The notes below the pieces were generated by a model. The model had not been told where the DNA came from and did no database searches. It was given only the letters and a program-made list of their open reading frames with translations. A program made the translations under genes and the position numbers. Below, in pieces: positions 18,166-27,318 of a stretch of DNA of 64,000 bases. The stretch comes from an uncultured delta proteobacterium (GTDB lineage Bacteria > Myxococcota_A > Polyangia > Polyangiales > Polyangiaceae). The DNA lies in NCBI GenBank assembly GCA_963841435.1, contig CAWJCS010000004.1, positions 576,001 through 640,000 of the forward strand, read 5' to 3'. The stretch's first letter is position 1, and every line of letters starts with the position of its first letter.

Positions 18166-18864
18166 TCAGCTGCCCTCTACCAGCACCAGCTTCCCTTCGG
18201 TGACGTCGTCGCCGAGCGACGACTCGCCGCCGCTGTTGCCGTCCACCATGCCGTAGTAGACGGTCACCTCTCCCGTGCCCGCAGCCGGTGCCACCCAGTC
18301 GAAGGTCCACGACGTGAGGTCCATGGCTTCCGTTGGCAGGACACCGTGGCAATCACCATAGACGTAGGTGGTGCGGAGGGTCGTGTCGGATTTCGGTGGC
18401 GCTGAAGTCGGGCACACCATGGAGTCAACGCCGGAATCGGTGAAATACTCCCCGGCGCGCATGCCCGAGGTGTCCTCGATCACCATCGCCATGGCGTTGT
18501 GGTTCTCGTTGTTGATGAGGTGCTCGCCCATCATTTGAACCGTGAACGTGTAGCGCTCGCCAGGCAGGTAGCCGTCCTCACCGCCCACATCGATCCAAGA
18601 CGGGCTCACGTCAACGAGGGCCTGGATCCCGCCTTGCTGCTTCGAGTCGTCGATGTGGCAATGCGAGCACTTGATGCCCCAGTCTTCGACGGCGCCCGTG
18701 CCGTAGATGCCGCCGGCCCCCGCACGAAGCGCGTTCGACGAGTTGTTGCCGTCAGCCGGGTCGTGCCAGCTCTTCAGAAAGGGAAATGCCCACACGGTTG
18801 CCGTGACGGTCAAGGCCGCGAGCCCTGCGAGCGAGAACCGAAGCCAAAGTCAACTGCGCGTCAT
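18166..18864 (-). CDS. Secreted Reeler-like protein with CxxCH motif (module gene B1); in-frame TGA at codon 5 as assembled
   Basis: GAGG-ATG at 18864, signal peptide, CSHCH, WTFDWVAP, VDGN, GDD; paralog of 15509-16348. Confidence 0.75.
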
Positions 18865-18870
18865 CGTACC

Positions 18871-19848
18871 TCAGTTGTTGGTGCTGCAGCTCGCGAGCGT
18901 CTCGCCCATGAGCCAGCGCCGGAGCTTGTCGTGTTCTGCGTCGTTGTTCCGGAACAGGTGAATGCCGGCGTGCGCCTTCCCGCCCACGATTGGCTGAGCA
19001 ATCAGATCGGATTCGTCCGGGCCGCCCACGGGGGTCCCCGTCGAGTCCAGAGCGAAGCCGCGGGCGCTGTCGTAGTTTCGGCGCCATTCCGTCGGGGTGT
19101 GAGGCTCGAAGTAGCAGCGGCACTCGATGGAGCCGATGCAACTTTCCGTTGGACCGCTCTGGCCCTGCTTGAGGCAGCTGTTGTTGGAGTCCGTGAGCAT
19201 CTCGCCCGTGATGCGCAGGCGACCTCGCGCGTAGATGCGCAGGGCCCGGCCCGCTTCCGTGCCGTGGCAGCCCATCATGGAGCACTTGCGATCCATGATG
19301 GGCTCGACGTTGCAGCGATAGAAGTTTTCGTCGAGCGCGGGCAGGGTCACCTGCGTGATGGGCTCGTTCACGGTCGTGCCGCAGCCGTTCTTGTCGGTGC
19401 AGCTGCGGGTGCCGTCGTCGCTGGAGCCGTTCGTCTGCCAGGGCGTGCATTCCCAGGCCTCGACGCAGCCGCTCGATCCCGCGCTGCCGCCGGTCGCACC
19501 GCCGCTGCCGCCCGTGGACGACCCGCCCGTGGACGACCCGCCCGTGGACGACCCGCCCGTGGACGACCCGCCCGTGGATGACCCGCCCGTGGACGCGCCG
19601 CCCATGCCGTTCCCGTCGCCCGCGTCGCCCACGAGACCCGAGCCGCCGTTGCTCGTTCCGCTGGACCCGCCGCTGGCGGATCCCTTGCCGCCCGAGCCGC
19701 TGCCGCCGCTCGCGGAAGCACCGCCCGTGGCAGCGCTGGGACAGATGCCGGCGGCACAGTCCGTGTTCGGCGCCTTGTCCTGGTTAGAGCCACACGCCCA
19801 GGCAAGCCCGAGCACACCCAAAGCAACAGCAGTCGGAAGTAACTTCAC
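18871..19848 (-). CDS. Lipoprotein with Gly/Ser/Thr linker, small Cys/Trp module and CX4CH putative cytochrome domain (module gene A1)
   Basis: Lipobox AWAC; GGSST repeats; YRCNVEPIMDRKCSMMGCHG, YARGRLR, NYDSARGF, HAG, LRRW; paralog of 16321-16815. Confidence 0.78.
   Translation of the reverse strand: MKLLPTAVALGVLGLAWACGSNQDKAPNTDCAAGICPSAATGGASASGGSGSGGKGSASGGSSGTSNGGSGLVGDAGDGNGMGGASTGGSSTGGSSTGGSSTGGSSTGGSSTGGSGGATGGSAGSSGCVEAWECTPWQTNGSSDDGTRSCTDKNGCGTTVNEPITQVTLPALDENFYRCNVEPIMDRKCSMMGCHGTEAGRALRIYARGRLRITGEMLTDSNNSCLKQGQSGPTESCIGSIECRCYFEPHTPTEWRRNYDSARGFALDSTGTPVGGPDESDLIAQPIVGGKAHAGIHLFRNNDAEHDKLRRWLMGETLASCSTNN
19511..19595. repeat. 15-bp coding tandem repeat (CCCGTGGACGACCCG) x5 plus a partial unit, encoding GGSST
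   Basis: Nearly perfect direct repeats seen in the sequence. Confidence 0.92.
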
Positions 19849-19918
19849 GCTAAGCCCTCAAGGGTGCCGCACCTTAGCCAACGTCGTCGGGCTCGTCACG
19901 CCCATTGACGCGAATCGG

Positions 19919-21841
19919 ATGTCGGTGGAAACGAACCTTGCCGTGAATCACACAAGGCTCAGGAGGATCCGCGCCGCGATCATCCTTGCCGTGCTGCTTG
20001 CTCCGGCCGTGCACTATCTCGCACTCGGCACAGAGGTGCCCGAGGGCACGTTCTTCCTCCTCAGTCGGCTGGACGGCTCCGTTGCCGCGCAGGATCCGGC
20101 AAATTTGGCGTATTCCCTGGCCCGGCCGCCGGTCTTCTCCCTCATGGAGTGGACGTTCTGGTTTCCGCTCGCGTACATCGCCGTCGGCTACGCCGCGCAC
20201 GCGTTGCTCCAGCTCGTCATGGTTTGGCTGGTGTGGCTCGGGGCTGGTGAAGGCGAAACGCTCGACCCCGAAGCGCGGCTGCTCTCTGCGGCGGCGCTGG
20301 CCCTCGTGGCGTTCCCGGTGCTCCACCTCCTGCGCCTCGACGATCGCGGCATGTCCCTCGTGCCTCATGACGCGTGGGAGGTGTTTTCCCACAGGACGCT
20401 TTTCTGGTGCCTCTCGGCGGTCGCAACCGGCGCGCTTGCGCTCGGCAAGACGCGCGTGGCGGTGTGGGTCACTGCCCTCAGCTGCTACATGCACCCGACC
20501 GCGGGCGTGTTGAGCTTCGTCGTGGTGGGGTCGATCGTGGTGGTCCAGGCGCTCCAGGCGCGCCGGTGGGTCATGCTGCTCGAGGTCGGTGGGGCATTTT
20601 TGGTCGGGCTTGCGCCGGCCCTGGTGAAACAGCTCGAGCGACTTCCAGCGGTGTTGAGCCGGCCCGTCTCCTCCGGAGCCTGGTATTCCGCGATGATCAA
20701 GGACGAAGCGGACGACTTTTCGTTCTTGTATCAGCTTCTCTACCGGCTTCCGCTCTGCGCGACGATAGGCGCGGTGATCCTGATCGCGCTCGTCGCCTAC
20801 GCGCTCCTGGTGCCCAAGTTTCACCGACGCCCGATGTTCTGGGCGGCGCTCCTACCCCCCGTTCTCTTCGCGCTCGGTGCGGTGGTCGAGCGCACGCTCG
20901 TCGTGGCCTACCCGACGCCACTCACGTTGCCGCTCGTGGCGCTCACGCCCGGCTACCGGTTGCCGAGCTACTCGTGCTTTCCGCTGTTGGTTCTCGCGGG
21001 CGGTGTCGTCGCGCGATTCTCCAACGTGGCGCGTGCGCGCTTTGGGACCCGCCTGCCGGTCTTCGAGGGCGCACGGCGTCTGATGATCGCCGCGGCCGTC
21101 GTCGCTCTCGGGTGGGGCCTGTTTCTCGTCAGCTCGCGCGGGCACGCTCGGCCCGCGCTCCGTTTCGCCCGCTGGGCCATCTCGGCGGGCAAGCTCGACG
21201 GGATCGAGCCTTACCTCGTTGCGGCGCAAGCGGCCGGGATGAACGATTTCAAGACCCCAGCGATCTTCACCCACGAGGGGCCCTACGTCCTTTACCCCGG
21301 GGAGCGCAATCTCGCCGTGATTCAACGCCTCGACGCGGGCCAACCGCCGGGCGAGCGAGACCGAGCAGCACTCGCGAGTGTGACCGCGGAAAGCTTCGCC
21401 GAGATCGTGCGGATGATCCGAGCGCGGGTCAAACCCGGAGACGGCCTGTTTGTGCCGCCGTACCTCTATTATTTCCGCGATGCATTGATCAACTACCCGA
21501 TCGTCCTCCAGGAGCACCACGACGGCAACGTGATGATGGGCGGGCCCGGCCTGTTCGGCTTCTTCGGCCCGCGCATGGTCAACGTGATGGGGTTCGACTA
21601 CGAGGGCATGCCGAGCCAGCACTCGCACCGCAACTTCAGTGCGATGCGCGAGGCGTTCCTGAGTATCGATGGCAAAAAGGCTCGCTCGCTCTTCGCCCGG
21701 TACCCCGCCTACCCGTACTTCGTGACCGAAGCACGACACTCGCTGCCGTTTCGCGCCGTCGCGAGGAACGGCGCTTTCGTCGTGTACGACCTCGCGGCGC
21801 CGCTCGAAGCCAGCGCGGGTGCGAGCGCGCCTCGGCGGTAG
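19919..21841 (+). CDS. Polytopic membrane protein with C-terminal soluble domain, putative GT-C-like glycan transferase/polymerase
   Basis: More than 10 hydrophobic segments, xHPxxG motif (YMHPTAG), C-terminal YFVT...RNGAFVVY typical of GT-C-associated domains; glycan-locus context. Confidence 0.55.
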   Translation: MSVETNLAVNHTRLRRIRAAIILAVLLAPAVHYLALGTEVPEGTFFLLSRLDGSVAAQDPANLAYSLARPPVFSLMEWTFWFPLAYIAVGYAAHALLQLVMVWLVWLGAGEGETLDPEARLLSAAALALVAFPVLHLLRLDDRGMSLVPHDAWEVFSHRTLFWCLSAVATGALALGKTRVAVWVTALSCYMHPTAGVLSFVVVGSIVVVQALQARRWVMLLEVGGAFLVGLAPALVKQLERLPAVLSRPVSSGAWYSAMIKDEADDFSFLYQLLYRLPLCATIGAVILIALVAYALLVPKFHRRPMFWAALLPPVLFALGAVVERTLVVAYPTPLTLPLVALTPGYRLPSYSCFPLLVLAGGVVARFSNVARARFGTRLPVFEGARRLMIAAAVVALGWGLFLVSSRGHARPALRFARWAISAGKLDGIEPYLVAAQAAGMNDFKTPAIFTHEGPYVLYPGERNLAVIQRLDAGQPPGERDRAALASVTAESFAEIVRMIRARVKPGDGLFVPPYLYYFRDALINYPIVLQEHHDGNVMMGGPGLFGFFGPRMVNVMGFDYEGMPSQHSHRNFSAMREAFLSIDGKKARSLFARYPAYPYFVTEARHSLPFRAVARNGAFVVYDLAAPLEASAGASAPRR

Positions 21842-21878
21842 CTTCGCGTAAAGGCCGGGCGCGCCGACGTACGCGGGC

Positions 21879-23189
21879 TCAGCTCGCCGAACTGCCGGCC
21901 GGCTCGGTGGCGGGCGCGGCGGAGGCAGCGCTCGCGGCACCGAGGACGATGCGATCGCCATCGACGTGCACGGGGTAGGTCTTGAGCTGCTTGAGGGCCT
22001 GGCAGGGGCTCGATCCCGACTGCATGTCGTAGGGGAGGTTATGCCACGGGCAGCGAATGCGCTGTCCCTCCACGTAGCCGAGGGACATATCGGCACCCTC
22101 GTGCGTGCAGCGGCGGCCGAAGGCGACCAGCGAACCGTCGGCAAGCCGTGCCACGCAGGTCGCCGTGTCAACGGCTCGGATCTCGCCGGGGCGAAGCGAG
22201 CTCGCGGAAAGGGGATCCTGCGCGGTCGGTGCGACGGGCGCCACGTCGGCGCTCGACGTGGTGCGGGCGCCGATGGCGCGGCGCACCAGAGTGCGCGCTT
22301 GACGCAGGCGAGTGCGAAAGTGCGTCACCGCGAGGCTCGCCGGGATCTCGCTGACGAAGCTCAGCGGGCCCGTGGCGAGCGGGCCGACGGCGAGCGGCGA
22401 ATACGCGTACATCTGCAAGTGGGTGTCGGCGAAACGCGGGCGGTCGAGCGTCAGCCGGAAGCTGACGACGTGCCGCGTCGAGTCGGTGTGGTTGACGACG
22501 GAAGCGTGGAGCTGGTCGCCGTGAAAGACCAGCGCGTCGCCTGGCTCCATGGCGACGTTCGTGGGCACGCCGGGACGCTGATCCGAGCGGATGTGGCAAC
22601 CGTTGCGCACGATGGGCGCCTCGTAGCTCTCGGGGTAGATGAGCAATCCGTTGCCGGTATCGACTCGGCCGAGCGCGACCCAGATGTTCACCGAGTTCAG
22701 CGGGCAGTCGAGCCAGCTGTCGCGATGGGGCCCGTGCGCGGTGATCTTGCCGTCGCCCCGCTTCTTACCGAATTCCTTGTAGGCTTGCTTGTGCGCCGCC
22801 GCTGCGTCGAAGGGGATGTGGAAGCGGATGTTCGGGAAGCGCTCGAAGTAGAAGGGCGCGTCGCTGCCGAAGATGCGAGGCACGGCGCGCCGCAGCAACG
22901 AGGGTGCCATGCGCAGTGCCTCCACGTAGACGGCTTCCGTCAGAGCGGGGATCGAATTGCCAGGCACGATCTCGTGCAGGCGTTCGAAACCGAGCTCGCG
23001 AACCCGCGCCGCAATTTCCGGTCCGAGCGCCTTGTCGATGCCGCGCAGACTGCCTTCGACCATGTCGTCGAAGACCCCTGTCCGCTGCATGGCGCCGCGT
23101 ATCACGAAATATTCGCCTGCGAGCACGCGGCTCCGAAGGTTCTCGCCCGGTCCTGGAAGGTCTTTGAGCTCGACTAGTGAGGCCGTCAT
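21879..23189 (-). CDS. Phytanoyl-CoA-dioxygenase-like 2OG-Fe(II) oxygenase fused to a C-terminal Rieske [2Fe-2S] domain
   Basis: HxD (PHRDSW), NIWVAL, PGDALVF..LHAS, RHVVSFR; Rieske CTHEG...CPWH. Confidence 0.88.
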   Translation of the reverse strand: MTASLVELKDLPGPGENLRSRVLAGEYFVIRGAMQRTGVFDDMVEGSLRGIDKALGPEIAARVRELGFERLHEIVPGNSIPALTEAVYVEALRMAPSLLRRAVPRIFGSDAPFYFERFPNIRFHIPFDAAAAHKQAYKEFGKKRGDGKITAHGPHRDSWLDCPLNSVNIWVALGRVDTGNGLLIYPESYEAPIVRNGCHIRSDQRPGVPTNVAMEPGDALVFHGDQLHASVVNHTDSTRHVVSFRLTLDRPRFADTHLQMYAYSPLAVGPLATGPLSFVSEIPASLAVTHFRTRLRQARTLVRRAIGARTTSSADVAPVAPTAQDPLSASSLRPGEIRAVDTATCVARLADGSLVAFGRRCTHEGADMSLGYVEGQRIRCPWHNLPYDMQSGSSPCQALKQLKTYPVHVDGDRIVLGAASAASAAPATEPAGSSAS

Positions 23190-23335
23190 GGAGTTTGCAA
23201 AGTGGGTGTCCCGAGCCAGGTTGCGAAAGGTACCCGGTGGCCGCGCTCGCGGCAATCGACCACCGATGACTTCGCGCTCGGTTGCGCGGCCCCACGAGGG
23301 ACCGCTCTACTCGGGCTGGAAAAACCGGTGCCGGG

Positions 23336-25156
23336 TTACTGGGCGGCGAGTACCCGGAAGAACGCCGCGTGCTGCCCGTTGATCTGCTTGTCGTAGCTAC
23401 CGGTCGAGGGAAACGGGTCGAGATTCCAGACGGCGCCCACCACCCCCCAGAGCCCCTCCGAGTTCACGGCCGTGCTGCGGTTGGCGTATTCGCCGGGGAT
23501 CCCGTCGTACGAAACGTACTTTCGCTGGGATAGATCCGCGGACATGACCACGAGAAAGCCTTCGCGGCTGCCGATGTGGCTCGAGACGAGCGCTCCGGGT
23601 GTGACCGGCAGGTCGCTCGAGTTGGTGGAACCCGTGATGTAGATGTCGCCGCCGGGACCGATGTCAACGCCCTCGGCGGAGTCCGCCTTGTCACCACCTA
23701 GCTGGGTGCTCGAAAGCATGCTCGCCCCGTCCGGTGCGACGATCGTGACCACGAGGTCAGCCGCGCTCGCGTGCGGGCTCGAATCGGTCACCGGGTAGTC
23801 CGTCGAGTTGCTGCCGGCGGCGATGACGGCGTTTCCGTCCTTGTCGATCGCGAGGGAATGCGTGTCCATGCCCTCATCACCACTTCCTCCGAGGTACGTG
23901 CAAAAGACCATCGAGCCGCTCGGGCTGAACTTGGCCAGGAGCAGGTCGCTGCCGCCGCCGGAGCTGCGCTGGAAAGCTCCGCTCGTGGTCGGCGCTCCGG
24001 CGCCTGGCTCGACGAACAGCGCGAAGGCGGTTCCGTCAGGCAGGACGCGCACCGACGGGTTGCTGCTGTAGTACCCGTTCGAGTCGTTGCCGCCGAGGTA
24101 GGTGCCGTATTCGACCGCGCTGCCGTCGGCCGAGATGCGAGCAAAGAAGGAATCGTAGTCGCCGCGCCGCGTGCTTTGCGCAGCGCCACTCGTCACGTAC
24201 TGGTCCATGTCGCTGCCGTTGATGGAGCTTGCGACCACGTAGATGCGCTTCTGGCTGTCGATGTCGATGTCCCGGATGAAGCCGGGGCCCGACTCACCGA
24301 AGTACGTCGACCAGATCAACGTGGAGCCATCGGCGCTCAGCTTGGAGACGAATCCGTCCTGGCTGCCGTAGGGCCCGTTGGGGGCGCTGTCGCCAGCGAA
24401 GGCCGTCTGGAGAGCGCCGGAGGTCGTGGGAAATCCTCGTCCCGCGCGACCCGCCACGTAAACGTCGTGCGAGGCGTCAACTTCGACGCCGTAGATCCGG
24501 TCGTAGTTGGGCCCGCCGAGATAAGTCGACCAAACCACTTTGCCGTCCGCGTCGAATTTCGTGATGAAGCCGTCGGTGTCGCCCTGCGTGCCGAGCTCGT
24601 TCCCGCCGGTGTTGTAGCTCGTGTCGTAGGCGCCGCTGGTGACGGGGAAGTCGGGCGACGATGTGCCGCCGACGACGTACATGGATCCCTGGTCGTCGAA
24701 GACGACGTCTCGAGCCATCTCCCAGGCCGTCGAGTTCCCATCGAGCAGGCCCGCTCTCAGGACCGAGAAGGTCAGCCCCGAGCCACCGCTCGTCCCGGCG
24801 CTGCCTCCCGACCCGCCGTTTCCGCTTGCCGACGAGCCTGCGCTGCCGCCGCTGGTGCCGCCCGTGCTGCCGCCCGTGCCGGCGGCGTCCGCACCAGCTT
24901 CGCCAGTGTCGTTGCCACTGCCGCCCGCTCCGCCGCCTCCGGTCGTCGTACCCGACGAGCCGCCCGTGCCTCCGCGGCCCGCGCTCCCGCCGCTCGATCC
25001 GCCCGATCCGCCCGATCCGGCGTTGCCACCCGTGGCGCCGGCGCCGCAATTCGCGCCGGTGCACGACGTGGCCGGTTTGACCGAGTCTCCGGAGCCGCAC
25101 GCACCGACGACGACGACGAGCCCCGCGAACCCCAACGTGAGAGCCTGAACTCGCAT
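23336..25156 (-). CDS. Lipoprotein with Gly/Ser linker and SBBP beta-propeller repeats
   Basis: Lipobox VGAC; repeats YVVGGTSSPDFPVTSGAY, DGFITK, WSTYLGG. Confidence 0.85.
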   Translation of the reverse strand: MRVQALTLGFAGLVVVVGACGSGDSVKPATSCTGANCGAGATGGNAGSGGSGGSSGGSAGRGGTGGSSGTTTGGGGAGGSGNDTGEAGADAAGTGGSTGGTSGGSAGSSASGNGGSGGSAGTSGGSGLTFSVLRAGLLDGNSTAWEMARDVVFDDQGSMYVVGGTSSPDFPVTSGAYDTSYNTGGNELGTQGDTDGFITKFDADGKVVWSTYLGGPNYDRIYGVEVDASHDVYVAGRAGRGFPTTSGALQTAFAGDSAPNGPYGSQDGFVSKLSADGSTLIWSTYFGESGPGFIRDIDIDSQKRIYVVASSINGSDMDQYVTSGAAQSTRRGDYDSFFARISADGSAVEYGTYLGGNDSNGYYSSNPSVRVLPDGTAFALFVEPGAGAPTTSGAFQRSSGGGSDLLLAKFSPSGSMVFCTYLGGSGDEGMDTHSLAIDKDGNAVIAAGSNSTDYPVTDSSPHASAADLVVTIVAPDGASMLSSTQLGGDKADSAEGVDIGPGGDIYITGSTNSSDLPVTPGALVSSHIGSREGFLVVMSADLSQRKYVSYDGIPGEYANRSTAVNSEGLWGVVGAVWNLDPFPSTGSYDKQINGQHAAFFRVLAAQ

Positions 25157-25516
25157 GTGAAAGTTACTCCTGTGCCCCTAGGCTAGCCCGGCGCCCGTCC
25201 GATGTCACACACGATCGCAGCGCTCGCCACCGGCCGCGCGGGTGCAACGCTCCGGCATTCCACCGTGCTTCGAACGCGTGTCTCGCTTTTCGACACCGCG
25301 GTGCCGTCGAAGCTCTGCCGCCCCGGTCCAGCGCGGCGGCAGAGTCGTGCGCTGTCCCGCACGACGCGGAGAGGCTCGGCGCCGCGCCGCACGACACCTG
25401 CGCGCCGTGCGGTGCTAGATGGCGGCGACGTCGTGTCGCAAGTGCGGACGCCACGTACGGCCGGGCAGCGGCTTGACTGGTAGCGCGCGAGCGTGCTCGA
25501 ACTGGAGCCTGTGACG

Positions 25517-27301
25517 ATGACGGAACCCCGTGCCCGCGGGCGCGCACGACGCCGAGCTTCGCTCGCGGTGTTCGGGCTGCTGGTCTTCCTGAGTAGCGTG
25601 AGCCTCTATTTCTCGGACCAGCGGCTGCTGTCCGATCGCACGCGCTTGCTGACGCTGCTCGTGTTCGCGCTCTTGGCCTGGTTCTTTGCACCGCCCGAGC
25701 GGCTACTGACAGCGCTGACGCGTCTCGCCCGCTGGATGGTCGTTCGAGAGCGCGTCGTCGTACCTGCGCTCGCCGTCTTCGCCAGCGCGTCGGCGGCTGC
25801 GGCCTGTCTGTGCATCCTCGAGCCGATGCCGCACGTCGCCGACGAGCTTGCCTACTTGTTCCAGGCGAAGGTGTTCGCCTCCGGGAACCTCGCCGTGCCG
25901 ACCCCCTCGATGCCCGAGTTCTTCACGGCGCACTGGGTCATCCCATGGCGCGGACAACGCTTTTCCCTTTTTCCGCCGGGCTGGTCCGGCTTGCTCGCGG
26001 CCGGCGTTCTGGCGGGCGCTCCGTGGCTCGTCAACCCGATCATCAGCGGCCTTTGTATCCTTGCCGTGCATCGCCTGGCACGGCAGCTCTTGGGGCCGCC
26101 GAAGGCGCTCGCCGTGGTTGCGCTCTGCGTCGTTTCGCCCTTCTTCGTGTTCATGGGCGCAAGCTTCCTGTCGCATCCGGCCTCTCTCCTTTTCACGACG
26201 CTGTCGGTGCTGTTTGCGTTGGAGGGAACCCGCCAAGGTCGCTTGCTGAAGTTCGTCGTCGCGGGCCTGTGCGCGGGGGTCGCGTTCCTGATAAGGCCGC
26301 TCGACGCGGTGGTGATCTGGGCCGTGACGGCTGCCACCCTCCTCTGGACGCAGCGAACGCGCGCGCAGCTCTTTCGTACGTTGCTTTTCGCGGTCCCGCT
26401 CGCCTTGGCGGGCGTCGCTTTCATTGCCTACAACCACGCCCTGAGCGGCGATTTTCGGACCTCGCTCGTCACGCTCGACTCGTCGCGCAACCGCATAGGG
26501 TTCGGGTCGGGTGTCGGTCTCTCCTGGGCCGGCTTCCCTTCGCTGGGGCACACGCCTTACCGCGGGCTCTTGAATCTCAACCACAATATGGCGGTTCTGG
26601 GCATCGACCTGTTTGGTTGGCCGGTGTCCTCGTTGTGGCCCGCGTTCGTCGCCGTGATCTGGGGCTTTCGTAGCGAGGCGATTCGTCTGGCGACCGCGAT
26701 CTGCGCCGGCCTGGCGTTCGCGTACCTTTTTTACTGGTACCACGGCGTCTGCTTTGGCGCGCGCTTCTACTTCTCGGCGTTGCCGTTCGTTTTGATGCTG
26801 ACCGTGGAGGGGCTAGCGCGGGCTCAGGCGGTCGTCTTCGCCAATGTCGCTCCCTGGCGCGGGCGACACTTCCACGTCGCCACATTCGCGGCGCTCTGCT
26901 TCGGGTTCTCGGCGCTCGTTTACGTGCCGACGCTCGGTTTCGTCGAGGCTCATCCCGACCAGCGCGGTGTCACGAGCGACTTGGAGCACTTCGTGCGCGA
27001 GCAACAGATCGACCGCGGGCTCGTCTTCGTGGGTCCGGGCCTTTACCTCTACTTGCCGGCGTTCGGGCGGAACGAGCTCGACCCGCTCACGAGCCCGGTG
27101 GTGTACGCGCTCGAGCGCGGGCCGGACGACCAGAGACTGGCGAGTGCGCTCCCCCAGCTGCCCGTTCACCATTTCACCCACCACCCGCCCGCTAGCGCGC
27201 TCTCACCCCTGGCGCGGCGCGTGCTGCACGAGGGCTACGTGCGGCGCGGCATCGAGCGCGTCCCAATCCCGGGTCGGCTGCGCGCGCTGTTCCGTCCGTG
27301 A
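25517..27301 (+). CDS. GT-C fold glycosyltransferase (ArnT/PMT, GT83/GT39-like)
   Basis: DELAYLFQA, FPPGW, SPFF...SHP, IRP.D, GARFY; many TMs. Confidence 0.8.
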   Translation: MTEPRARGRARRRASLAVFGLLVFLSSVSLYFSDQRLLSDRTRLLTLLVFALLAWFFAPPERLLTALTRLARWMVVRERVVVPALAVFASASAAAACLCILEPMPHVADELAYLFQAKVFASGNLAVPTPSMPEFFTAHWVIPWRGQRFSLFPPGWSGLLAAGVLAGAPWLVNPIISGLCILAVHRLARQLLGPPKALAVVALCVVSPFFVFMGASFLSHPASLLFTTLSVLFALEGTRQGRLLKFVVAGLCAGVAFLIRPLDAVVIWAVTAATLLWTQRTRAQLFRTLLFAVPLALAGVAFIAYNHALSGDFRTSLVTLDSSRNRIGFGSGVGLSWAGFPSLGHTPYRGLLNLNHNMAVLGIDLFGWPVSSLWPAFVAVIWGFRSEAIRLATAICAGLAFAYLFYWYHGVCFGARFYFSALPFVLMLTVEGLARAQAVVFANVAPWRGRHFHVATFAALCFGFSALVYVPTLGFVEAHPDQRGVTSDLEHFVREQQIDRGLVFVGPGLYLYLPAFGRNELDPLTSPVVYALERGPDDQRLASALPQLPVHHFTHHPPASALSPLARRVLHEGYVRRGIERVPIPGRLRALFRP

Positions 27302-27318
27302 GCGCGCCTGGCGCCCGC

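Noticed and set aside
18850-18852. Selenocysteine recoding of the in-frame TGA
   Set aside because: Lies in a signal-peptide n-region rather than a redox motif; no evident SECIS hairpin.
19511-19595. Short direct repeats as a possible CRISPR array
   Set aside because: Contiguous 15-bp units with no spacers, in-frame coding, no cas genes.
19355-19918. Pro-rich N-terminal extension of ORF 19355-21841
   Set aside because: Antisense of the A1 Gly/Ser linker; the real start is probably ATG 19919.
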